Assembly: GCF_006345805.1 (NCBI RefSeq)
Contig: NC_043000.1
Coordinates: 115,444,001-115,508,000 of the forward strand
Direction: 5' to 3'
Length of the DNA stretch: 64,000 nt
Origin: Octopus sinensis
Taxonomy: Eukaryota
In this document: piece after piece, positions 12,452 through 24,600 of the stretch
Numbering within the stretch: position 1 is the stretch's first letter
Layout of the letters: each line of letters opens with the position of its first letter
Program-made: the position numbers and the translations under genes
Notes under the pieces: model-generated
Database searches by the model: none
Seen by the model: the letters and a program-made list of their open reading frames with translations, nothing else
Told to the model about the DNA's origin: nothing

Positions 12452-14377
12452 GCTCTTCTGTTTGGTTTTCACTTTTCAATTTTGTTCAATTTGATTTCAA
12501 ATTTGGTGTATTGATGTAGTTTTGTATGCTAAGTATGGAAATGAAATTCAATTTTGCCATAAATTAATAAAAAGTTAATAGCTTAGCATTTAATATTAAT
12601 ATTGGCTATTTACTGATGGTGGCAAAAGTATACTTTGAAAGTTACTCATCATACGATTGCTAACACTAAAGTCTTATTTATAAATCTCTACACCCTTAGA
12701 TACAGTTCTCAGTATAGTTATTTCCCTCCTTTACACAACTAATTTGCAAAGAATGGAATTTATTAGCGAAGTATATCAAAGTACATTCATGTTTAAGCCT
12801 GGTGAGTGGATTTGGTAGATGGAAACTGAAAGAAGACTACCAATGTGTGTGTGTGTGTTTCTTTACATCTGAACTTTAAAACTGCTGAGCTACAAGTAGT
12901 GATGGCTCTTACTGGATTTGTACCTTTTGAAGATGTATGATATAAGAGATCTCTTACTTGAAAAACAGGGTAAGGGTTAATGACATGAAGGGTTGCAATG
13001 ACTTAATATCTTCCTCTGGCTATATTGGCCAAGTTGTTAAGAAGCTTGCTTTGCAACCCCATGACTTTGATTTCAGTCCCACTGTATGGCATCTTATGCA
13101 TGTGTCTTCTATAGCCCTGGGTTGTCCAAGGCCTTGTGAGTGAATTTGGTTGACACAAGCTCTGTGGAAGCCTGTCATATATCTGTTTCTGTCTGTACCC
13201 TTCAAGCGTTTGACAGCTGTTGTTGGTTTCTTTATTTCCCCTGTAACTTAACAGTTCAGCAAAAGAGATGGATAAAATAAGGAACAGATTGTAATAAGTA
13301 CTGGGGACAATTTCACAAAACCTTTCAAGGGGCAATGACTGAAAGAAGCAAAGGATAACTTATGCTAGCAAGGAACAAATAAGGCCGATGTAAAACCCGA
13401 AAAGAATGAATACGCAAACACTGAAGATTTTTGAGTTTTGCGAATTTTATTTTGGAAACACCAAAGAACAGTTGTGTCCTTTGTGTTTAGAAATTGGTAC
13501 CTGTGTAAAGGAAGACTGGGAGAGAGATGGGAAAAATCTGATATTGGTCCTTTTACACAAGACAAAATATTGAAACAAATAGCATTAAGCTATGATACAG
13601 ACCCACCTGTGGACAAAACATAGATTAAAAATCTTTATAGTATTTACAGATAAAGTCAAGTTTGTGTGCGTGTATTTAATCACGATTGTATTTTTCCTTA
13701 ATACAGTAAAAATTAGCACAAAGCCCCATGTTTGGTACTTCTTGCATCAACTCCAAAGGGAGATGGAAAATTTGACTCTGAGTGTGATTTGAACTTAAAA
13801 GAAACATAAAAGAATGCTACTAAATACTGCAAGGTAACTTTGTTAATACTGATTCCAGAATTGATTTTGGTCTCCAGTACTTTTGGTATAGATCTCTGTT
13901 GCATGGCAAAAGGCAAAATCATCTTTTGTGAGATGAATGGGGAATACTTGCCACACCGGTATATGCAAGCACGCTTTGGCCATGCAAGCAAGCGGACTTT
14001 GGCCATGCTGGAATATTTGCAAGGACACTGCTGCAGTTTCTGCTTACCAAATTCCACTCCCAATGCATCAATCAACTCAAAGTCTATTAGGCATGCATCC
14101 ATCAAAGACAGCCACATTTTCATTCACACAAAATACATCATCTTCATTCTCTCCAAGAATCCCATTTTTTTCTCCTTCAAATTATTTCCTTGTATTTAGT
14201 TTCAAATACTACATAAAAGGATTTGAAGGAAGAAAAAAAAACCGTATGAAGGAAATAATATCAAGAATGATTATTTTGTTTTGTTTTTCTGATTGTCTGT
14301 AATTTTATTCTCTCTCCCTTGTGATTATATATATATATATATATGGAGAGAGAGAGAGATATCTGGTTTGTGTCTTT

Positions 14378-14383
14378 TTTATT
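14378..14383 (-). promoter_or_regulatory. Candidate TTC27 polyadenylation signal AATAAA
   Basis: AATAAA about 150 nt downstream of the stop; the region is AT-rich so it may be chance. Confidence 0.45.
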
Positions 14384-14531
14384 GCAGTTAAAATATTGGC
14401 CTTCGTCCCTGATAGGGACCAGACAAAATAATGAAAAACTCAAGCAACAAAAAGCAATCAAGAGACATGGCTAATTTGATAATTTGCTAAAAACGGGAAA
14501 GAATAAAAATATAATAATAAAGTGTGTAGCA

Positions 14532-14648
14532 TTAAGTCTGGGCCAATGTTAGCTTGCTTATAACTATGGTAATTGCAGAATCTAATTTCGAACAGATTTC
14601 TTTCACGTTATCTTCAATGTCACCAGTTATTGCATCACCATGGAATTT
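14532..14648 (-). CDS. TTC27: TTC27 terminal coding exon 24 ([12 protein letters not shown]...LAQT*)
   Basis: ttttacag acceptor, 38 codons + TAA; D(A/V)xTG motif. Confidence 0.88.
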   Translation of the reverse strand, partial: KFHGDAITGDIEDNVKEICSKLDSAITIVISKLTLAQT

Positions 14649-17600
14649 CTGTAAAAGATAAAATATATCATTTAAATAATATATCAACAAAATTGTTAAA
14701 AAGTAAGAAATTATTTACATTAGAATAAGATGTCCTGTGATACACAGCCATGCGTGTGTCGATTGTAATTTTATTAACCTGTCCAACTTGTGCCAGCATG
14801 GAAAATAGTTGTATGATGATGATTGTCATATGTCTTGTACTCATAAGACCAGCTATTTCATTTCCATGGTGGTATAAGTGGCTGAGATCACAACACACCC
14901 ACTGAACAGGATGCCAGTCTCATCATCATCATTTAACCCTTTCATTACTGTATTTATTTTGAGATGCTCTGTGTTTCTTTCAATTAATTTAAAATATAAC
15001 AAAGAATTTAGTAAAATAACTTAGTTATCATTCAGCCAGTGTTAGGAACATAAATTGTGACTAAGGTTTGGTGGAAGATTTTTATTCAAAACTTATGAAA
15101 ACAAGGCATTTGTACAACAGAACCAGAGCCGGTTTCAGCTGGATTAGTAATGAAAGAGTTAATGGTTTCCCCCACCATTAGAGTGCGACACTTCTTTACA
15201 CAACTGTCCTCGTCCATATATGCACCACATGACCACAGCAGTGCAGTCATCTCTCTTGCACACCACATTTGATGCCTCTTATGCCCGACTTCTCTCTCAG
15301 GATGCTTACACTCTGTCATGCATACACACTCACGTTACCCATCCAGTGGAGCATACTGGCTTCATTTCTTACAAACCTACACATGTCTTCATTCTGTTAA
15401 AGGGTTGCTCATTTTTACCAACCAAGTGGACCAGAGCAATGTGAAATGAAGTGTCTTGCTCAAGAACACAATGCTTTGCTTGATCCATGAATTGCAACCA
15501 TGAGAGCAACACTGTAACCACTCAACCACGTGCCTTCTCTTGCAGCAGAAGATGAAGGTAAAACAAAAACAAAAAATTGCTCCAACATGAAATCTACACA
15601 GATGCCAGCCTGGTAAAATGGATAAAAAACATTTAAATGTTCAAAATGAGTTAAATTACTGAGAACATAACGAAGTGAAGTTGATTACCTTAATTGTGGA
15701 AAGGATGGAGCGGAGCATTAACTTTGCTGACGATAAGGTCTGAACGGATATGGTGGAATGTTTTGCTTGGGCACTGTAGATCAAATGAGCTGGCAATGGA
15801 AAGAAAGGAAAAGCATGAAGAATGGTGAAGCCTTTTTATATTATTTCTTCTTTTTTAAAGCTTTTACTCATATTTCCCCGCCTTGCTGGGTCGTCTTAAA
15901 GGGTTTTGTTGGATACATCAACCCTGGTGCTTTTTTGTTTTTTGGAGATTAATATTTATTCAATTACTCTTTTGCTAAAGTACTAAGTTACAGGGATGTA
16001 AACAAACCAACAGTAGTTGTCTAGCAGTATTGTGTATGTGTGTCAGTTGCCGGCTGACACTTGACGATACACCGAAGAACCAGGGAACAGAAGAAAGAAG
16101 ACATGCACCCAACACCAGAGCTGAAGACACCTCCGAAAAGGAGGGCCCCGCGACATCAAAACGGTAGAGGAGTAGGCTGCTGAAACCGGACGTGGTTCCT
16201 CCTGATGATGTCTTGAGCTAACTGGATCCTATAAAGGAGCTGTTGTGGTAGCAGACCACGGAACACGGTTGTAATTCCTTCCTCTTTTGCTAAAGTACTA
16301 AGTTACAGGGATGTAAACAAACCAACAGTGGTTGTCAAGCAGTATTGTGTGTGTGTGTGTGTGTTTGTGTGGAGGAACCCCACCAACACACACACAGAAT
16401 GGGCATCCACATACTTTCTGTCTATCAAATTCACTCCTGAGCTCCCAAGGTGTTGGTCCTGAGCCATAGTAAAAGGAACTTGCCCAAGATGCTGCACAGA
16501 GGGACTAAACCCAAAACCATATAGTTGTGAAGTGAACTTCTTAACCACACAGCCATGCCTGTACCTATAATAAACAAAAAATTACAAGCACGAGAAAAAA
16601 AACGGATCTAAACTTTTCTAGAAACAGATTTAAGTAAAAGTGTAAGAAAAGGACATTTCTGTTCATCATCATCATCATTGTCGTTGTTTAACGTCTGCTT
16701 TCCATGCTGGCATGGGTTGGACAGTTTGACTAGAGACTGGTGAGCCAGAAGGCTGCACCAGGCTCCAATCTGATCTGGCAAAGTTTCTACAGCCAGATGC
16801 CCTGCCTAACGCCAACCACTCCGAGAGTGTAGTGGAAGCTTTTACGTGCCACCTGCACAGGAGCCAGTTCGGCAGCACTGACAAAGACCACACTCGAATG
16901 TTGTTTTTCATGTGCCACTGGCACAGGTGCCAGTAAGGCGATGCTGGCAATGATCACACTCAAATGATGCTTTTTATGTGCCACTGGCATGGGAGCCAGT
17001 CAGTGGCCCTGGCAGCGATCATGCTTGGATGGTGCTTTTAACGTTCCCCTGGCACGGGTTCCAATCAGGCGGTACTGTCATCGGCCACGTCAGCAATTTT
17101 GATTTCGCTTGCCTCAACAGGCCTTTGCAAGTGGGCTGGTTTATGTAATAACCATTTGAATATAGGCAGAAAGCCTGAAATTTGTAAGGAGTAGGCTTAG
17201 TCAATTAAATTGACCTTAGGATTTGAATGACACCTTATTCATCGACCCTGAATTGATGAGAGGTAAGACTGCATCTACAAGGATCCATACCCACAAAGCC
17301 TAACAACAAACAGAGAGCAGACAGATGTTCAAACAACAGGAAAAGGGTTTAGAGATTGTTGTAAAGCAGTCTTTTGCTACTGTTGTATCTGTCTTTTGAA
17401 GGTGGTTGTCGCTCTCACAGATATTGTTATATTCTGATGTTGTTGATAGAATGGTTCTATCTGGCACTGTACGATCCCTCAGTTGTACAGTGTTGTTATC
17501 CTCAAAGGGTTTGGATCGTTATAACGTCAACTCAATCATCATCATTGTTTAATGTCCGTTTTCCATGCTAGCATGGGTTGAACATTTTGACAGGGGTCTG

Positions 17601-20232
17601 GGAAGCCAGGAGGCTGCACCAGACTACCATCTGATCTGGCAGTGTTTCTACAGCTGGATGCTCTTCCTAACGCCAACCACTCCATGAGTGTAGTGCCACC
17701 GGCACGGGCCAGAGGAGGCTGACAATGTCCACTATCAGATGGTGTTTCTTATGTGCCACCAGCACAGATGCCAATCAAGGCGGTGCTGGCATCGGCCATG
17801 TTCGGATGGTGTTTTTTACGTGCCACCGGCACAGGTATCACAACTACAATTTCCATTTGATATTTATTTTGATGTTGATGTACTTGACTCAACAGGTCTT
17901 CCCAAGCACAGCAGTCAATATCTTAGTATAATCACTATCTCAGCACAGACACGACTATCAACACAGTCTACATGTATTCTTGATCTTCTGACTTTCTCCT
18001 GTCGACTGGTTACTGGTCTATTTATAATGCCCTCTCCTACCACTTTTTACCGCGAGGGGTGCACTGTTTCACTATACAACAAAAATTAATAATCACAATC
18101 CTTTACTGACCAGCTGCTACTGTCACAACAGTGCTAGACCAATGAGGGCCTGCAAGAAAGTAGTTATTAACTGTCAACAGAATTCTAACAAAACAGACTT
18201 GGTTGTGGGAGAAGAATTTGTGCGTTTTCAGGAAAAGCTGATATTCTAATCACTCAGAGATTAACACATTCTACCATAATTAATTATTCTAACAAAACTT
18301 CAACTTACCATCTGCAAGTTCTAGGGCCAAACTCCCTTTTTCGTTGCACTTCTCAGGGTTCTTCTCCCAGCCTGGTTCCTGAGTGGAACATTTGTAGGCT
18401 TTCTGTAAGAACTGCAACACCTGTAAATATGATAAATGGTTAGGTAAATAATTTGGCAGTGTAAGGCTTACCTTTAGATTAAGAGTCAAATGCTATACCA
18501 TGGCCTATTGTTTGACACTTAAGAAACAGACTCTCTCACTTTATGTCATCATCATCGTTTAACGTCTGCTTTCCACGCTAGCATGGGTTGGACGGTTTGA
18601 CTGAGGTCTGGCAAGCCAGTGGGCTGCACCAGGCTTCTTTATATATATATATATATCATCATCATCATCATTGACGTCCGTTTTCCGCGCTAGCACGGGT
18701 TGGACGGTTAATAATAATAATATGAGGGAATATATAATAATAATAATAATAATAATATATAATAATAATAATAATATGAGGGAATATTATTCCAAACATA
18801 CAGGGAAAAATTCAATTTCATCATCATCATCATTTAGAAATACTAAATCAAATTTCACAAAATATAATATATATATATATATGAGGCCAAGTATTCCTTC
18901 TATGGTAAGACAACTACAGTAATTCCTCACTATCGGGGGTGTTACGTTCCAAACACTCCTCCCCACCCTGGCGATAGGTGAAAATCCATGAAATAGAAGC
19001 AGTAATTTATATTTTTAAAATTATTTTTATAATTTATATCATCATCATTGTTTAACGTCCGTTTTCCATGCTAGCATGGGTTGGATGGTTCGACCGGGGT
19101 CTGGGAAGCCAGGAGGCTGCATCAGGCTCGAGTTTGATCTTGTAGAGTTTCTACAGCTGGATGCCCTTCCTAACGCCAACCACTCCGAGAATGTAGTGGG
19201 TGCTTTTATGTGCCATCGGCACCGGGGGGGGGGGGGGCAGTCAGTACTGGCAATGACCTCGCTCGAATCTTTTTACACATGCCACAGACACAGGTGCCAG
19301 TAAACATGTGCAGCCATCTGGTTCGCCGGCCCTCAGTCAAATCGTCCAACCCATGCTAGCATGGAAAGCGGACGTTAAATGATGATGATGACCTAATTAG
19401 CCAATTCCAGCAGATTACTCTATAAATTACAATGTCTTGTAGATTTGAGTTTTCACTCATGTTACTCTTTACTTTAGGAATGACACTGTAGGGTAAGTGT
19501 AAGAAGCCAAATCTGGCCAGATGGAACATAAAACAGGAACATTGCCAGTTTAAATGTTAAAGGGTTAATATACATTATATCACAATATATACACCATAGT
19601 GTTTACTTCTTCATATATGCATAACATCCTTCCACAAACACTACCAAACTTTTTTATATGGCAAGTAAACATTAGGGCATTGCTATTATTTATGGTAGAT
19701 GATACTTCCCGCTTATCTAAGCTGCAACATCACCAATACTACTACTACTACTACTACTACTATATAAACAACTGCATTACAACTAAGACAAGTACCAAAT
19801 GAAATTGTTAATATTTTTCTCGATCACTTACCCTCTCGTCCTTCATCGGGTCTTCAGTTTTCAATTCAGTCAGTTTGGCGTACAATTCCCAGACTTGTGC
19901 ATCAGTGGTGACCTGTTTAAAGACCACAAAAGACTTAAACAAATGTATTGAGAAAGAAAAGGAAAATTTAAACTCTATCAGACATATCACATAAGCCTGT
20001 AGGTCCGCTGCTCTTTTCTTTTTGCCTTTAATCTTCAGTGTGTTGGTGTGTGTATGCGTGTGTCTCCTAAATGTGTCTAAAAGAAATTACAAGTAAGAAT
20101 CCAACAAAGGGATAAGTCTGAAAAGTTGTACTTTTTACGCCACAACCTTTATTTTCCTTTGAGCATCAACCAAATAACATTAATTGTGAATCTTCCTCAG
20201 AATTTTGTTGTTGTTTACTGAATATGACTTGC

Positions 20233-20271
<39 letters not shown>

Positions 20272-21643
20272 TGAGGCCAAGTATTCCTTCTATGGTAAGA
20301 CAACTACAGTAATTCCTCACTATCGGGGGTGTTACGTTCCAAACACTCCTCCCCACCCTGGCGATAGGTGAAAATCCATGAAATAGAAGCAGTAATTTAT
20401 ATTTTTAAAATTATTTTTATAATTTATATCATCATCATTGTTTAACGTCCGTTTTCCATGCTAGCATGGGTTGGATGGTTCGACCGGGGTCTGGGAAGCC
20501 AGGAGGCTGCATCAGGCTCGAGTTTGATCTTGTAGAGTTTCTACAGCTGGATGCCCTTCCTAACGCCAACCACTCCAGAATGTAGTGGGTGCTTTTATGT
20601 GCCATCGCACCGGGGGGTGGGGGTGGGGGGGGCAGCCAGTACTGGCAATGACCTCGCTCGAATCTTTTTACACATGCCACAGACACAGGTGCCAGTAAAC
20701 ATGTGCAGCCATCTGGTTCGCCGGCCCTCAGTCAAATCGTCCAACCCATGCTAGCATGGAAAGCGGACGTTAAATGATGATGATGACCTAATTAGCCAAT
20801 TCCAGCAGATTACTCTATAAATTACAATGTCTTGTAGATTTGAGTTTTCACTCATGTTACTCTTTACTTTAGGAATGACACTGTAGGGTAAGTGTAAGAA
20901 GCCAAATCTGGCCAGATGGAACATAAAACAGGAACATGGCCAGTTTAAATGTTAAAGGGTTAATATACATTATATCACAATATATACACCATAGTGTTTA
21001 CTTCTTCATATATGCATAACATCCTTCCACAAACCCTACCAAACTTTTTTATATGGCAAGTAAACATTAGGGCATTGCTATTATTTATGGTAGATGATAC
21101 TTCCCGCTTATCTAAGCTGCAACATCACCAATACTACTACTACTATACTACTACTACTACTACTACTACTACTATATAAACAACTGCATTACAACTAAGA
21201 CAAGTACCAAATGAAATTGTTAATATTTTTCTCGATCACTTACCCTCTCGTCCTTCATCGGGTCTTCAGTTTTCATTCAGTCAGTTTGGCGTACAATTCC
21301 CAGACTTGTGCATCAGTGGTGACCTGTTTAAAGACCACAAAAGACTTAAACAAATGTATTGAGAAAGAAAAGGAAAATTTAAACTCTATCAGACATATCA
21401 CATAAGCCTGTAGGTCCGCTGCTCTTTTCTTTTTGCCTTTAATCTTCAGTGTGTTGGTGTGTGTATGCGTGTGTCTCCTAAATGTGTCTAAAAGAAATTA
21501 CAAGTAAGAATCCAACAAAGGGATAAGTCTGAAAAGTTGTACTTTTTACGCCACAACCTTTATTTTCCTTTGAGCATCAACCAAATAACATTAATTGTGA
21601 ATCTTCCTCAGAATTTTGTTGTTGTTTACTGAATATGACTTGC

Positions 21644-21679
<36 letters not shown>

Positions 21680-24600
21680 CTCACACACACACATGCTCAT
21701 TCCTTCACTTCACATCAAGGTGCTCTTCCTGTTGTCAACCCATACCTGCATTTCAAGTAAGAGATATCGTCATTCCAAAAGTTTTCAGAAGTAAAGAGCA
21801 ACTCTTCATAATATCAACACCAGGACCACTTTGCTCAGTCTGCGATGAGCATGGAATATAGAAACATTAATACACATCGCTATATTTCAATGTCTGTCTT
21901 AGTACTACTAAGGTTGCCATGCAGCTCAGAAGATCACCATTGGCTGGCCAATTACAGAGTTAATTTTTTTATTTCATTTTGTTTTAATTATAGATAAAAT
22001 CCGAATGTGGCTGATGCCAGCGCCGCTCGACTGGCGTTCATGTTGGTGGCACGTAAAAAGCACCACTAAGTTACGGGGATGTAAACACCACCATCGGTTG
22101 TCAAGCGATGTTGGGGGGACAAACACAGGCACACACACACACATATACATATATACGACGAGCTTCTTTCAGTTTCCATCTACCAAATCCACTCACAAGG
22201 CTTTGGTCGGCCCAAGGCTATAGTAGAAAACACTTGCCTAAGGTGCCATGCAGTGGGAATGAACCCAGAACCATGTGGTTTGTAACCAAGCTACTTACCA
22301 CATAGCCACTTCTGCTGAAAATTTCACAGTATTTACAATCATATTTAGGTGGAAAAAACCTTATCATGCATCGTCTTGCAGATTCAAAACTTCTATGATG
22401 CAATTGCTTATTTTTAAATTGATATTGTGGCACCAGCGTCAGTAGTCAAGGCAACACTGGCATCGGTTGTATGCGAGAGACCAAATCTGGCCAGTTTGAG
22501 CATAAAACAGGTAGAAAATGGCTGGTTTAAATGCTAAAAGGCTGACTAAAAAAAATTTAAATTGAATTAAGATTTTTAAAATGTACTTACTTTCGAGGTA
22601 AGCCTACCAAATAATTCTAATGCTTTGGGTAGCAAATATGAGGAAGGGATAGCATTAGCATCTGGAATGTCCTCTTTAATGGCTTTAACAAGTATTTTCA
22701 GGATCTGTAACAATAGCAATACCAATATTTATGACAATTTGTCATCGACACCACTAATATACAAAATACACAATTATACACAGCGAAATAATTATGGAAC
22801 TGACTGCTATACAAGGTTTTATACTTGTGTTAGGACCCTAAATGTCTCTGAGGATTTGCATCATCATTTTAATGCCCACTTTTCCATCTCACATGGATCA
22901 GACGGAATTTGGAGAGGCAAATTTTCTATGACTGGATGCTCTATCTGTTACCAATTTATCTTAATATCATTAATTCATTTGAAGCTAAAGGTATTACTGT
23001 AATTAACATAAATTATTAAATAAGAAAAAAATGAGAATATTAATCTTTCACTTACCTCAACGTCCAGCCACTTTCCTCGTAGGTCCATCAAGCGATGATA
23101 AGCACGAATTACTTCACTAAATTGTCCACAATCAGTACCAATCTAGGAAAAAATAAAATCAAAACAAGAAAATTGAAAGTAGGAAACAGGGACAAACCAT
23201 TCTACAAATGTTGTTGAGATTGGTTTGAGTGATATGGAGAGAAAGAGAAATCTGTCCCTAACTTACAATAAGATAGTTTTCCCATAACCTCCAGTTATCG
23301 TAGCTACACTTGATGGCATCCTGCAGCACAGCAAAGGCCTTCTTCCTAGAAAGAGAGAGAGAGAAAGAATAAGATAAAAATTAAGAGATGAGTTGTGCAG
23401 GTGACACGTAAAAAAAAAATAAATAAAAACACGATATTTTCTGACGCTCGTGCAGGTGGTATGTAAAAGGCACCCACTACACTCTCGGAGTGGTTGGTGT
23501 TAGGAAGGGCATCCAGCTGTAGAAACACTGCCAGATCAAGATTGGAGCCTGTGCAGCCTTCTGGCTTCCCAGATCCCTGGTCGAACCGTCCAACCCATGC
23601 TAGCATGGAAAGCGGACGTTAAATGACGATGATGATGATGATGATATAATGGCTTTTCTTTCAAAAAAATAGGAAGAAAGCTATGGAAGCTTTACTAATA
23701 ACAAAATACAAATACGCACATCATGATATCATAAGTACCAAGACTGACTGTTCTGATGTAGAGTTTCATCAGTCATATAATCATTCCCAAGATCCTTTGC
23801 AATATACTGCAAGTCTTATGGACAGCATGTCATTCACAAGAGTTCATGTGAAGATGAGATTGTGAAAGTCTCAAAACCACATTCAATGGCTTTAGAAATA
23901 TTTTTCCAAATGAAAAAATTAATGATTTGAAAAAAGATGTGAGAAATATTTAATGAAGATTTAACCTAGTTATAGAAAATTACTATTTGTAAATCTCCCA
24001 ACGAGAAATATTCAGCAACAGTACTTTGGAGAAAAGATTATTTGCCAACATGACATGGCAATCCTGGTTTAGGATGAATGTTGCTGTAATTTAGCCCCAG
24101 GAGACATCGTCTCTAGCTGGCTATACGACACAATCTGTGTCCTTGTTCGAAAGTATAAGGACACACATAATGTTGTATAGCCTGCTGGGGACAATGTCTC
24201 CCAGGGCTAAATTACAGTAACATCCGTCCTAAACGGGGACTGCCATGTTATGTTGGCAAATAATGTTTACTTAATTTAGTTATGCTTTCAGTATAACCTA
24301 CATAAATATGTGTGTGTATATGTGACTGTGTTATGAGTAGCTGAACATTTAAATGTAGTGTGTGATTGTGGGGCCCTCTTGCAGAATCCATTCTATTGAA
24401 AATGTTCAAACTGGGTCTTAGGCTGAGGATAACTTCCTCCGTTCTTGCTGGGAGCTTCAAAGAATCTGGGAAAAAAAGTCTTGGGTATTATTATTATCCC
24501 TGATAGTTGTTCTTTCTTCATTGAGTGAGGTTTCTGATATCCATTCTCTTAAGCCTAGTTTTGCATTAGACATAACCTGAACTTATCATACAACTGGGAA

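Larger units (their letters stand above)
18881..21646. repeat. ~1.4-kb tandem duplication (18881-~20235 / 20271-~21646) including TTC27 exon 21
   Basis: Near-identical copies offset by 1390-1411 bp; junction lies in (TA)n. Confidence 0.95.

Noticed and set aside
13370-14200. Membrane receptor pseudogene suggested by hydrophobic minus-strand translation
   Set aside because: Many stops and no diagnostic motif; AT-rich DNA yields F/I/L-rich text by chance
16125-16215. Hammerhead from CTGAAGA/CTGATGA and GAAAC motifs in the orphan insert
   Set aside because: Stems I and II cannot be formed in type I or type II topology
21720-21860. Additional TTC27 exon
   Set aside because: Not needed for frame or homology; YYEELL..ENFW resembles a decayed RTE LINE instead (low confidence)
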